Shown: positions 1 to 9,024 of the stretch, one piece after another
Layout of the letters: each line of letters begins with the position of its first letter
How positions within the stretch are numbered: position 1 is the first letter of the stretch
Source of the DNA: Candidatus Methanofastidiosum methylothiophilum
Lineage (GTDB): Archaea; Methanobacteriota_B; Thermococci; Methanofastidiosales; Methanofastidiosaceae
Assembly: GCA_001587575.1 (NCBI GenBank)
Contig: LNJC01000002.1
Span: 9,418 to 73,417, forward strand
Direction of reading: 5' to 3'
DNA length: 64,000 nt
Translations under genes and position numbers: made by a program
Notes under the pieces: generated by a model
What the model was told of the DNA's origin: nothing
Databases searched by the model: none
Seen by the model: only the letters and a program-made list of their open reading frames with translations

Positions 1-17
1 TCCGAAAAAGGATATGT

Positions 18-722
18 TTGGCACTTGACGTTGATTCACTTGACCTAGCTAGAGAAGTAGTTGAAGAGAGCCATGAATATGTTGGCTTGTATAAAATTGG
101 AAAGGAATTGTTTGTATCTGAGGGAATTTCTTCAATAAAAATTCCACAAAGCTTTGACAGGGATGTTTTCTTAGATCTTAAATTTCACGATATTCCAAAT
201 ACTGTTGAAGCTGCTTCAAAGGCTTTAGTTAAACATAACATCAAAATGTTCACGATTCATTCAATGGGCGGAAAGGATATGATTCAGGCAGCCGCCAGAG
301 GAGTCAATAATGGCTTTACTAAATATGGCAAAATCAAACCAATTATTTTGGGAGTAACTGTACTCACAAGCCACAATGAAAAATCTCTTAGAGATATCCT
401 TATTGATAAATCTCTTGACACTGCCTTAGTTAGCTATGCAAAAATAGCTTCAGAAAATGGATGCGATGGGTTAGTTTGCTCTCCTAACGATATTAGGAAT
501 ATTAGGCCGCATATTAGTAAAGAAATTCTCTATGTAACTCCAGGAGTTAGATTGAGATATGACATAGTTTCTGACCAAAAGAGAGTGTCCACTCCCGAAG
601 AAGCAATTATTAACGGCTCATCACTAATTGTCGTTGGTAGAAGCATATTGAAATCTCATGATAGACTTGAAATCTTAAAAAAGATATACAAAGAAGTTGA
701 AAAAGGATTGGAAAGAAAATAG
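18..722 (+). CDS. pyrF: Orotidine 5'-phosphate decarboxylase. The start may be the TTG at 18, or the gene may begin upstream of the window.
   Basis: Translation has the OMP decarboxylase signature (ALDV...DLKFHDIPNTV...; C-terminal GVR/VVGRSI motifs). Length is ~234 aa. Confidence 0.8.
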   Translation: MALDVDSLDLAREVVEESHEYVGLYKIGKELFVSEGISSIKIPQSFDRDVFLDLKFHDIPNTVEAASKALVKHNIKMFTIHSMGGKDMIQAAARGVNNGFTKYGKIKPIILGVTVLTSHNEKSLRDILIDKSLDTALVSYAKIASENGCDGLVCSPNDIRNIRPHISKEILYVTPGVRLRYDIVSDQKRVSTPEEAIINGSSLIVVGRSILKSHDRLEILKKIYKEVEKGLERK

Positions 723-797
723 CAAGTTACTTATCCATTATAGGAGAAATAATTATAAATTAATCGTAGTTTCATATAGTATAATACCTTTTATAAA

Positions 798-1166
798 GTG
801 ATTATGATGAAATTTAGATTAAGTAAGACCTTCAAATTTGATGCAGCACACAAATTAGTTGATTATGATGGCGCTTGTGCAAATCTCCATGGTCACACAT
901 ACAAGTTGATCGTTACTGTGGAAGGTACTCCAGATGAAACTGGAATGGTTATAGATCTTTTTGGTTTAAAGAAAATAGTTACAGATAAGATAGTAAGTAA
1001 GATGGATCATTGTTTCTTAAATGATTTGTACCCGCAACCAACAGTAGAAAACATGGCAAAGGATATTTTTTTGAAACTTGAAAATGAATTTAAAAAAACT
1101 AAAGTTAATTTGTTTTCTATAAGATTATATGAAGGTGAAGGCTCTTACGTAGAGGTCTTCGCATGA
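798..1166 (+). CDS. queD: 6-carboxy-5,6,7,8-tetrahydropterin synthase (QueD/PTPS family)
   Basis: 122 aa with the CxxxHGH-type zinc motif (ACANLHGHTYKL) typical of the PTPS/QueD family. It heads the queE-folE2-queC operon. Confidence 0.8.
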   Translation: MIMMKFRLSKTFKFDAAHKLVDYDGACANLHGHTYKLIVTVEGTPDETGMVIDLFGLKKIVTDKIVSKMDHCFLNDLYPQPTVENMAKDIFLKLENEFKKTKVNLFSIRLYEGEGSYVEVFA

Positions 1167-1810
1167 AAAATCTACAAGTATCAGAAATATTTTTCTCAAT
1201 CAACGGAGAAGGGCTAGAAATAGGAAAGCCAACTGTTTTTTTAAGACTCTCGGGATGCAATCTTGACTGCAGTTGGTGTGATACGAAATATGCCAGCTAT
1301 AATGCTGTTGAAAAAAGCATTGATGAGATACTAGAAGAAATTGAAAGAAATAACAATGGTATTAAGTCAGTTCTTATTACCGGAGGAGAACCTTTACTTC
1401 AGGATATAGAAGAAATAGTTGATGTTCTGCATGAAAAAGGTTACCATATCTCAATTGAAACAAATGGTTCGATATACAATGATGTTTTATTAAAAATTGA
1501 TTTCATTAGCGTTGATATTAAGACGCCAAGCAGCAAAAATGAAACTTGTGATTTAGATATTTTCAATAAAATTGTAAATGTAATAATGAAAAGAAATGGG
1601 CAGATGAAGGCTGTTATTTCAGATAAAAACGATTACATTTTCTTAAAGAAATTTATTAATGAAAACTCTTTTAATGTGCCTCTTATAATCCAACCATGTT
1701 GGGATACACTTACCTACAAGGAGCTATGTGAATTGTATACAAAAGATCCAATAAATCATAATAATGCTAGGATATTGCTCCAGATACATAAAGTGGGAGA
1801 AATTAAATGA
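1163..1810 (+). CDS. queE: 7-carboxy-7-deazaguanine synthase (radical SAM)
   Basis: Radical-SAM cysteine motif (CNLDCSWCDTKY) and ~215 aa length. The start overlaps the queD stop. Confidence 0.8.
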   Translation: MKNLQVSEIFFSINGEGLEIGKPTVFLRLSGCNLDCSWCDTKYASYNAVEKSIDEILEEIERNNNGIKSVLITGGEPLLQDIEEIVDVLHEKGYHISIETNGSIYNDVLLKIDFISVDIKTPSSKNETCDLDIFNKIVNVIMKRNGQMKAVISDKNDYIFLKKFINENSFNVPLIIQPCWDTLTYKELCELYTKDPINHNNARILLQIHKVGEIK

Positions 1811-2601
1811 TTAACACTCAAGATGAATCACCAAAACATCAATTGAAACTTGAAAGAGTTGGGATTAAAAATCTTAAAACTCTTATCAAAATTGAAAGAA
1901 ATAATAAAGAATATATGCATATCCCAAAGATCAATATTTTCATGGATTTAACTGAAGACAAAAAAGGAGTGCACATGAGTAGATTCATCGAGAGTATTAC
2001 GGAGATACTAGAAGACGAAGTTAGAGGAGAGCATAATTCCTTGGAACAAATAGGTAAACATATCCTTGAAAAATTAAAAGTTAAACACAGTTATATCAGT
2101 GCAGAGATTGAATTTGAATCTGAAATTCCTCTTTTTGAAATAACTCCGGTCAGTAAAAAAGATACAATTGAGATACACGACATAAAAGTAAGTCTCAGAA
2201 ACAATAACGGTTCATGGATAAAAATATTGGAAGTAAGCGTTATTGGAAATACTGCATGCCCGCACGCTTTGGCTGTTAACAAGAAGGGAACTCACATACA
2301 AAGGGCAATAGGGAACTTAAGAATTGAAACAGACTTTGATAATGATATTGACCTTGAAGAGATGATAAGGGTTGTAGATAATTCATTTTCTTCTAGAGTA
2401 TTTACTTTATTAAAAACTGAAGATGAATCTTTTGTTGTTGATAGAATGCATAATAATCCTTTTTTTGTTGAAGATGTTTGCAGAAATATGTTGTCCTTAT
2501 CATTCTCTAAATTTAAAAAATCAAAAATTCATGCAGAATGTTTAAGTCAGGAGTCTATACATAGGCATGATGTTTTTGCCGAGGGGGCAATTGAAACATG
2601 A
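1807..2601 (+). CDS. folE2: GTP cyclohydrolase of the FolE2/MptA (type IB) family
   Basis: 264 aa. N-terminal region resembles FolE2/MptA proteins (KHQLKLERVGIKNLK...GVHMSRF). Its position between queE and queC argues that it supplies H2NTP for preQ0. Confidence 0.65.
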   Translation: MINTQDESPKHQLKLERVGIKNLKTLIKIERNNKEYMHIPKINIFMDLTEDKKGVHMSRFIESITEILEDEVRGEHNSLEQIGKHILEKLKVKHSYISAEIEFESEIPLFEITPVSKKDTIEIHDIKVSLRNNNGSWIKILEVSVIGNTACPHALAVNKKGTHIQRAIGNLRIETDFDNDIDLEEMIRVVDNSFSSRVFTLLKTEDESFVVDRMHNNPFFVEDVCRNMLSLSFSKFKKSKIHAECLSQESIHRHDVFAEGAIET

Positions 2602-3257
2602 AATCTGCAGTTGTATTACTTAGTGGTGGCATGGACTCTGCAGTTTGTGCAGCAATAGCAAAAAATGAAGGATTTAATCTCTTTGTTTTGCATGTTAATT
2701 ATGGACAGAGAACAAAGATAAAAGAGTATAGCTGTGCAAAAGAGTTATCTTTATTTTATAACGCTCTTGATTTCAAAGTTATTAATCTTGATTTCTTAAA
2801 AGAAATAGGAGGAAGTGGCCTAACAGATAATTCTATCGAACTACCAAAAACTGAAACTGAAGGAATACCTCCAAGTTACGTTCCTTTTAGAAATTCCATT
2901 CTTTTATCTTTAGCCACTGCATGGGCTGAAGTAGTTGGTGCAGAAGCTATTTATTATGGTGCAAATTCAATAGATTTTTCAGGGTATCCAGATTGCAGAC
3001 CTCTTTTCTTTGAAGCATTTCAGAAATTAATTGACGCCGGAACAAAAGACGAAACAAAAATTAAACTTAAAACACCTCTTGCATATATGTCAAAATCTGA
3101 CATAGTAAAGAAGGGTGTAGATCTTAATGTTCCTTTTGAAAGAACTTGGAGTTGCTACACAGAGAATGATAAGGCATGTGGCTTATGTGATTCTTGTAGA
3201 TTAAGGCTAAAAGGATTTCAAGAAGCAGGAGAAAAAGATCCAATTAAATATTCGTGA
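2598..3257 (+). CDS. queC: 7-cyano-7-deazaguanine synthase
   Basis: PP-loop ATPase motif (LLSGGMDS) and C-terminal zinc cysteines (CGLCDSCRLR). 219 aa. Confidence 0.85.
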   Translation: MKSAVVLLSGGMDSAVCAAIAKNEGFNLFVLHVNYGQRTKIKEYSCAKELSLFYNALDFKVINLDFLKEIGGSGLTDNSIELPKTETEGIPPSYVPFRNSILLSLATAWAEVVGAEAIYYGANSIDFSGYPDCRPLFFEAFQKLIDAGTKDETKIKLKTPLAYMSKSDIVKKGVDLNVPFERTWSCYTENDKACGLCDSCRLRLKGFQEAGEKDPIKYS

Positions 3258-3949
3258 GGATTCTTATGGACACTCAAAATAATTTAAATATACTGGTGGC
3301 TGAAAAGGCCTTAGAACTTCTTAAGAAAACATTAGAGAGTACAAGATTTGAAGGGGTATGGAAAAAGAAAGATGCATTGCAAATAACGGACTCAATGAAA
3401 TCGGATATCATGGCTATAAAATTCTCATATGCTGAAAAAGAGAATATTGGTGAAATAACAGCTCCGATAAAAGAAAAAATATCAAAACTTCAATCTGCTC
3501 TTGGAGAAGGCTGGAGCTCTAATTTTCTTTCCAACGCAAAAAAAGAAAATAAGACATCTACAAAAATGGGAATTGCTAAAATAATTTTTTCAATGAACAC
3601 TTTGTATTTTTTAGATAGAAGGATCAAGCAAGATAATAGATTTGGAGTGGATACCTTAGTTGGTAAAATTTTATCTGTTTCAAAAGTTTCGGATTCTCTT
3701 CTAATTTGTAATGTTGACATAAAAAGAGCCATCACAGTGTTAACAAATGATATGTCTATCAAAGAGGGAGAGGCTGTTGCTGTTTCTATTCTACCTCCAA
3801 AAGAATTCTATGGACAAGTATCTGAAGGAATGTTTTGTGGTATCAATGGTGTACTAAGGATCCAAGGTGAAGTTGGAAATAGGGCAGAAATACCCCTTGA
3901 GGCATACAAAGAAACAGTTAATATGGTCCAAGATTTCTTAAAGCATTGA
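3254..3949 (+). CDS. tRNA-binding OB-fold (Myf/Trbp111/CsaA-like) domain protein with an N-terminal extension of unknown function. The real start could be the ATG at 3266.
   Basis: The C-terminal ~100 aa match the tRNA-binding domain pattern (VGKILSV...SEGMFCG), as in the MetRS C-terminus and Trbp111. It is translationally coupled to the queC stop. Confidence 0.5.
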   Translation: MRILMDTQNNLNILVAEKALELLKKTLESTRFEGVWKKKDALQITDSMKSDIMAIKFSYAEKENIGEITAPIKEKISKLQSALGEGWSSNFLSNAKKENKTSTKMGIAKIIFSMNTLYFLDRRIKQDNRFGVDTLVGKILSVSKVSDSLLICNVDIKRAITVLTNDMSIKEGEAVAVSILPPKEFYGQVSEGMFCGINGVLRIQGEVGNRAEIPLEAYKETVNMVQDFLKH

Positions 3950-4282
3950 AGGGATAATACAAATTAGTTTTAACTCTTCATTTCCACTGTTTATATAACA
4001 GTGTAATTCATTTGGAGGAATGTATATTACATCTCCTTCTTTAACAGGTATTTTTCCATCTTCAGTTTTTAAAAACCCTTCACCTTTTAGGATATAGTTT
4101 TCATGTTCCCAAGCATGTTTATGATATGGAGAATATCCTCCCTTTTCAATTTTCATAATTCGCATAAAAAAATTTTTTGCCCCTTGAGCTTCTCCAACTA
4201 AGCTAGTTATTGAAACACCTTTGGCATCATCAGCTTCAATCTTATTTTCTTTTATTTCAATTATGTTTTTATGATAAATCAT
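3938..4282 (-). CDS. Cupin-domain protein
   Basis: 114 aa with the cupin two-motif pattern (HKHAWEHENYILKGEG ... GDVIYIPPNELH). Its start overlaps the stop of the upstream histidine kinase. Confidence 0.55.
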   Translation of the reverse strand: MIYHKNIIEIKENKIEADDAKGVSITSLVGEAQGAKNFFMRIMKIEKGGYSPYHKHAWEHENYILKGEGFLKTEDGKIPVKEGDVIYIPPNELHCYINSGNEELKLICIIPSML

Positions 4283-6108
4283 AATACCACATGTCTTTTT
4301 GGTAAGTTTACCGTGAAAGTGCTACCTTTTCCATACTCAGATTGGACATTTATTATACCGTCGTGTTTTGTAACAATATCAAGTGATATTGGAAGCCCAA
4401 GGCCTATGCCCTGCTTTAATGCATCATCTACAGTTGCCCTATAATATTTCTCAAATATTTTTTTGATTTCATCTTTCTTGATTCCAATTCCATTATCTTT
4501 GATTCTTACTTCTATTTTATCTTCTTTGTCCTCTAGCGTTACTTCTATTTTTCCACCATCATTAGAAAAATTGATTGCATTTTCAATTAGATTAATAAAA
4601 ACTTTTGTAAGCTGTTTTTTGTCCCCTTCTAAATAAAAATCTTGGCCAATCGACTTAAGTGATAAATGAATATTTCTTTTATTTGCTAATATATGAAAAT
4701 CATTTGTAATATTAATTAATAATTCTTCAATATTAATATTTTCAATGTTAAGATCTTTATTTTGAATTCCTACAGCCGTAAACTCTTCAATTTCTTTAAC
4801 CAAAGAAATCAATCTTTGAATATTTCTTTGTATGGAGTTTATTCTATTTTTATTATCAGAGTCAATTCTATCCAAATCTATTAATTCACTACTTAGACTG
4901 ATAACGGCAAGCGGATTATATAGTTCATGTGCTATCGCATCAATAAAATCTTTCTTAGCTTTATCTGACTCTTTCATTTGAATATAAGCTTCTTGAAGTT
5001 TTTCAGTTTTATTTTGAACTTCAATTTGGAGTGCTTTATTGAAATTTTCTCTAATTGAAGATGTCTTTTTTAATTTCTCCGTCATTTCATCCATTTGTCT
5101 AGAAAGGATAGCTATCTCATCATCACCTTCAAACCCCAATTTTATATTAAAATTGCCTTTACCAACTTCTTCTGCTTGGCGAGATATTTTTTCTATAGGG
5201 CTAACAATTTTTTCATTAATATAATTTCCCAAAGAATAATTTATACAGTAATCTACCAAAACAATTAGTATTACTGTAATAACAATAGTTTCAACTACAA
5301 CAGAATCAAAAGGATAACCATAGCTGATAAAGATAATTGTTATAATGGTACCTAATCCAATTATAATAATATTTATGATATATAGTATTTTTATTCTTAA
5401 AGAATCAAGTTTTTCTTTTATACTAATATCTATTTTGAAAAAGTTATACCTCAAAACAGCAGACGCGAATAAACCCATCATAAGAGAATTTGTTATTGGA
5501 AGTATTACAGTATTTCCAATTAATTCATCAATACCAAAAATTACTTTTAGTTGCCCAAAAAATATAATTAAGTTTAATAATATACTTGTTGCTATCGGTA
5601 TTAAAGTTCCAATAAATGCAAACAGAAATCTGCGTTTTTCAATAAATGACTCATTTGAGCGATATCCTGAAATAAGGATATAAAGTCCATAAATAAAACA
5701 TATTATGTAATATAAAAAAAATACATTGAATAAAGGCCCATTTACTTGTTCAAGTTTCCCGTTAATTAAATAGGTGTTTCTTATCAATAAATTGGTGATA
5801 AGACTAAGAGAGAAAAAAATGCTAATTAATATCAATATTTCTTTCCTAATTCTTATTTTCATTTTTGTAAGGCCAGAACTCCACATCAAATAAAGAGTTG
5901 GAGTCCAAATAACAAAAAATAGATTTAATTTATTCCACAGCAGAGGATAAGATCTTTCAATAACAAATAAATTTGTTAAAATTATTCCTGCTATTATAAA
6001 AGCTAGAATAGCAAATATTACATTTATTCTTGATTTATAATTAGATTTAAGAGCGTATATGCCCAATGTTAAATTTAAAAAAAAAGTAATAAATATAATA
6101 GAATTCAT
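4279..6108 (-). CDS. Sensor histidine kinase with a multi-pass (~7-8 TM) N-terminal sensor domain
   Basis: Hydrophobic N-terminal ~300 aa, then a HAMP-like linker. HisKA H-box (IAHELYNPLAVI) and HATPase_c N/G boxes (IENAINFS, DNGIGI, GLGLGLPI) are present. Confidence 0.8.
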   Translation of the reverse strand: MNSIIFITFFLNLTLGIYALKSNYKSRINVIFAILAFIIAGIILTNLFVIERSYPLLWNKLNLFFVIWTPTLYLMWSSGLTKMKIRIRKEILILISIFFSLSLITNLLIRNTYLINGKLEQVNGPLFNVFFLYYIICFIYGLYILISGYRSNESFIEKRRFLFAFIGTLIPIATSILLNLIIFFGQLKVIFGIDELIGNTVILPITNSLMMGLFASAVLRYNFFKIDISIKEKLDSLRIKILYIINIIIIGLGTIITIIFISYGYPFDSVVVETIVITVILIVLVDYCINYSLGNYINEKIVSPIEKISRQAEEVGKGNFNIKLGFEGDDEIAILSRQMDEMTEKLKKTSSIRENFNKALQIEVQNKTEKLQEAYIQMKESDKAKKDFIDAIAHELYNPLAVISLSSELIDLDRIDSDNKNRINSIQRNIQRLISLVKEIEEFTAVGIQNKDLNIENINIEELLINITNDFHILANKRNIHLSLKSIGQDFYLEGDKKQLTKVFINLIENAINFSNDGGKIEVTLEDKEDKIEVRIKDNGIGIKKDEIKKIFEKYYRATVDDALKQGIGLGLPISLDIVTKHDGIINVQSEYGKGSTFTVNLPKRHVVL

Positions 6109-6157
6109 ACTACTCGAATCCTATTTTTAGAATTATAAGCTTTGCACTGGCTCTTCA

Positions 6158-6211
6158 AACCAAAAATTTGGTACTGGTCCCTTAAACCAAAAATTTGGTA
6201 CTGGTCCTTTA
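6158..6211. repeat. Perfect-but-one 27-bp tandem direct repeat (2 copies), aaccaaaaatttggtactggtcc(c/t)tta
   Basis: Read directly from the sequence. Copy 1 is 6158-6184, copy 2 is 6185-6211, with a single mismatch. It sits ~50-100 bp upstream of the histidine-kinase start (6108). Confidence 0.9.
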
Positions 6212-6341
6212 ACTTCATTTGTTATTCCATTTTTCATTAAATAGGCCTTTATTAATTCATGTGTAGTTATATCCATAAAATCACCCACAAAACTTTTTTT
6301 AGCAGAATATATAAATTTAACTAAACATACTTGCGATTTTC

Positions 6342-7295
6342 TCAATTAATAATATCTTTTAAGACATTTTCTCTCTTATCTTTAAATTTACTAATATTTA
6401 GTAATATTTTATTTGAAGCATCCGTGAAAAATTCATTTAAGTAATATAAATTATAAGATTTAATTGAATCAATCGCCATTAGTTGGTACTTTAATGATAA
6501 ATTTAGTGTATTTTCTAAAATATCCGTTTCAATAAATCCCGCAGCAATATCCATGATTTCAGCTTTCCCTTTATAAACTAAACTTTCTTTCTCAAGATAT
6601 TGGATAACTTTAACAAGAGGATATGTAATCTGACTAGAATTAAAATCATCTTTCCACCCTAGAACATCATTAAATAACTGCATGGATGTTGCCCAGTACT
6701 CCATCATTAAGAGGAAATCATTTCTTTTACGTTTGTTTGAACCCTCAAGGTATAAGTATGATAAAATTGGGATTCTGAGGTGAAAAGCTTTTCTAGCCAT
6801 AAGTTCATAATCAAAATTTGACATATCTTCTGTAATTTCACCTTTATAATTATATCTTTGTTTTTCATAAAGAACAGCGTTTGAAAATTGTATCAAAGTT
6901 TCTTCTAGATCTTTCATAAAATTCTCATTTCTACCAATAAGACTAAAACATATATCGTACATTTTGAATTCACATATATTAGATAAAAGAAGCAAGTTCC
7001 TATCTATTGTTTCTGGATTGTCAAGTATGTCATCAATAATTCTCAAATGCATTATGCCGTAAACGTCAAGATTTGAAAGCTTCCTTGAAATATCTTTTTT
7101 ATTTTCAATATCAAATCCCTCTGATAACCAATAAGGAAATAGAAGAAAAGTATTGAATCCTGCCATTGAAACTTTGAATCTATCAAGAAAGGAAATTCCT
7201 AGATCAGAAATTGGTTTGTCAAGACCGCCTATAAAAGAATAAACGTCACCAAGTACAAGATTAATTTCTTCACTAAAATCATCAAAAAAAATCAT
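6342..7295 (-). CDS. Hypothetical protein, possibly isoprenoid-synthase (class I terpenoid/prenyl synthase) fold
   Basis: 317 aa. An Asp-rich motif IIDDILD (DDxxD) is followed ~120 aa later by NDVLGWKDD (NSE/second Asp-rich-like). The start overlaps the ksgA stop. There is no other recognisable domain, so the fold assignment is weak. Confidence 0.3.
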   Translation of the reverse strand: MIFFDDFSEEINLVLGDVYSFIGGLDKPISDLGISFLDRFKVSMAGFNTFLLFPYWLSEGFDIENKKDISRKLSNLDVYGIMHLRIIDDILDNPETIDRNLLLLSNICEFKMYDICFSLIGRNENFMKDLEETLIQFSNAVLYEKQRYNYKGEITEDMSNFDYELMARKAFHLRIPILSYLYLEGSNKRKRNDFLLMMEYWATSMQLFNDVLGWKDDFNSSQITYPLVKVIQYLEKESLVYKGKAEIMDIAAGFIETDILENTLNLSLKYQLMAIDSIKSYNLYYLNEFFTDASNKILLNISKFKDKRENVLKDIIN

Positions 7296-8083
7296 AGTAT
7301 TCCTTCAAGCCAATCACTTATATATTTTATCTCAAATATATCTAGCGTGTATACCCGTCTATCTTTATATGGGATATCCTCCAGTGATTGCCTGAATTCT
7401 TTACCTTTTCCAAATATATCTCGTGAATGATATATTGCCTTATGGACAATTTTGTTTCTATGTGTAAAAAGCGCCCTGACAGTATCTTCAAACACTTCGT
7501 TGATTTCAAATTTTTTATCTAGTTTTATATGGGCAATCGATGACCATACCTTTGGTTCTGGGTAGAAAGCTGAAGGTGGGACATCTGTTAGAATTTCAAT
7601 TTCTGAATAGATATTAGACATTACTGACAACCTAGAATATTCATCTTCCCCAGGTTTTGAAATAAATCTCCTCGCAAATTCTTTCTGGTAAAGCAATGTT
7701 GCAGTTTCAAATTTCATTTCAAATAACTTGAATGTAATTTGTGAAGAAATCCCATATGGTATGCTTGAAACAACAGTATCAAAATTTTTATCTTCAAATT
7801 TTAGAAAATCTTCATTTACAATTTCCACGTTTTCAAAATTATACTCCTGTTTTAAGATATTGACAAGATTACTATCCATCTCAACAGCAACAACTTTATC
7901 ACAAACTTTAGACAGTTTCTCAGTCAGAAAACCTAATCCTGGCCCTATCTCAAGGACTTTACCCTTGCCATAAGAAGCCATGAATCTTAAAACTTCATCA
8001 GAAATAAGAAAATTTTGAGAAAATCTTTTGGACGGCCTTATATTATATTTATTCAAAAGATAAAAAAGTTTATTTGGTATCAT
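7292..8083 (-). CDS. rsmA: 16S rRNA (adenine1518/1519-N6)-dimethyltransferase (KsgA/Dim1)
   Basis: SAM-binding motif VLEIGPGLGFLT, FSQNFL N-terminal motif and the IPY catalytic motif. Confidence 0.85.
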   Translation of the reverse strand: MIPNKLFYLLNKYNIRPSKRFSQNFLISDEVLRFMASYGKGKVLEIGPGLGFLTEKLSKVCDKVVAVEMDSNLVNILKQEYNFENVEIVNEDFLKFEDKNFDTVVSSIPYGISSQITFKLFEMKFETATLLYQKEFARRFISKPGEDEYSRLSVMSNIYSEIEILTDVPPSAFYPEPKVWSSIAHIKLDKKFEINEVFEDTVRALFTHRNKIVHKAIYHSRDIFGKGKEFRQSLEDIPYKDRRVYTLDIFEIKYISDWLEGIL

Positions 8084-8667
8084 TCCATCTCTTTAGGCGG
8101 TCTGCTTACAAAAATAGAATATCTATCAACTTCTTGCATCTCGTTAATTATTCTATTTATAATCATCTTCTTTGGATCAGGTATAGATGGAACTCTATCT
8201 TTTATGTCATTAAATGAATTGAAGGGGCCCTTTTTTCTTTCCTCTAGGATTTCATTCATTAATTTTTTCCCAAGACCTGGCAATAGCTCAAGCTTGTGGT
8301 ATCTAATTGATATTGGCCCAGAGGTATTGAAAAATTCAACAAATTTTTGTTCATTTTCAGATACTATCTTTTCAACCATAAATTTTAATTCGCCTTTTGC
8401 AGTTGCACTAAGCTCATTGTAGCGAAGTCTTTTTTTAACTCGGGCTATTTTGTCCCTTTTCCCCTTTCCTATGAAAACTCTTTCATACATTGAGAGATCA
8501 GCTGATGGAACTACCTCTAACAAAGAAAAATAATTTTCACCCATTATATGTGCAATGGGTGTTCTCTTGTGAGGGGGGAGATTTTCACCTGGAAGTCCCT
8601 GTGGCAGGTAATCCAAAACTATTCCGTACTCCTCAAATACTCCAGTTCTCATCATCATAACTTTCAC
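8080..8667 (-). CDS. DUF655-family predicted RNA-binding protein (HhH)
   Basis: 195 aa. It holds the conserved archaeal position between rpoF and ksgA. A helix-hairpin-helix-like LPGLGKKLMNEI segment is present. Confidence 0.6.
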   Translation of the reverse strand: MKVMMMRTGVFEEYGIVLDYLPQGLPGENLPPHKRTPIAHIMGENYFSLLEVVPSADLSMYERVFIGKGKRDKIARVKKRLRYNELSATAKGELKFMVEKIVSENEQKFVEFFNTSGPISIRYHKLELLPGLGKKLMNEILEERKKGPFNSFNDIKDRVPSIPDPKKMIINRIINEMQEVDRYSIFVSRPPKEME

Positions 8668-9009
8668 TTATTTTTTGTATTTGGCCATAATTTCCAATAT
8701 AGAGTTTATTTCTTCATCATCCAATATTAGCCTTTCTTTTGAGAATAGAACCTCAATGTCTTTTTTGTCTTCCGGAACAATGTCTACTATCTTGACTATA
8801 TTTTCTTTTTTTAATCTTGGAACTTTTTCAGTAAGTTCTGCTGTGGCCTTTTCTATATCCTCAATTTCCATTTTACTAAACTTATTTGTATAATCTAGTG
8901 AGATACCTTGTTCGTATCCCAGTTCTATTTTTTCGGCTCTACTGGAAAGTATCTCTTTCACCTTTGCTATTGGAACAATGTCCTCAGAGATTATTTCCTT
9001 TCCTATCAT
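8668..9009 (-). CDS. rpoF: DNA-directed RNA polymerase subunit F (Rpo4)
   Basis: 113 aa, acidic. It holds the conserved position between L21e and DUF655 in the archaeal L21e-rpoF-DUF655-ksgA cluster. Confidence 0.65.
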   Translation of the reverse strand: MIGKEIISEDIVPIAKVKEILSSRAEKIELGYEQGISLDYTNKFSKMEIEDIEKATAELTEKVPRLKKENIVKIVDIVPEDKKDIEVLFSKERLILDDEEINSILEIMAKYKK

Positions 9010-9024
9010 GAAAGAACCTCTATC

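Noticed and set aside
2091-2282. Numerous 60-130-aa ORFs antisense to or nested within long genes (e.g. 2091..2282, 3490..3762, 5039..5683, 7728..7973, 8015..8422, 11404..13089, 22030..22920, 26065..26563, 26791..27388, 36802..37137, 38314..38613, 44107..45297, 56075..57436)
   Set aside because: All lie within or antisense to well-supported conserved genes. They are low-complexity and rich in S/F/I/L, as expected for AT-rich antisense frames, so I treat them as spurious.
6133-6345. 70-aa ORF whose translation contains a GPVPNFWF tandem peptide repeat
   Set aside because: The peptide repeat is just the translation of the 27-bp tandem DNA repeat in an intergenic promoter region. The ORF has no RBS or coding context and lies between two real genes, so it is most likely not a gene.
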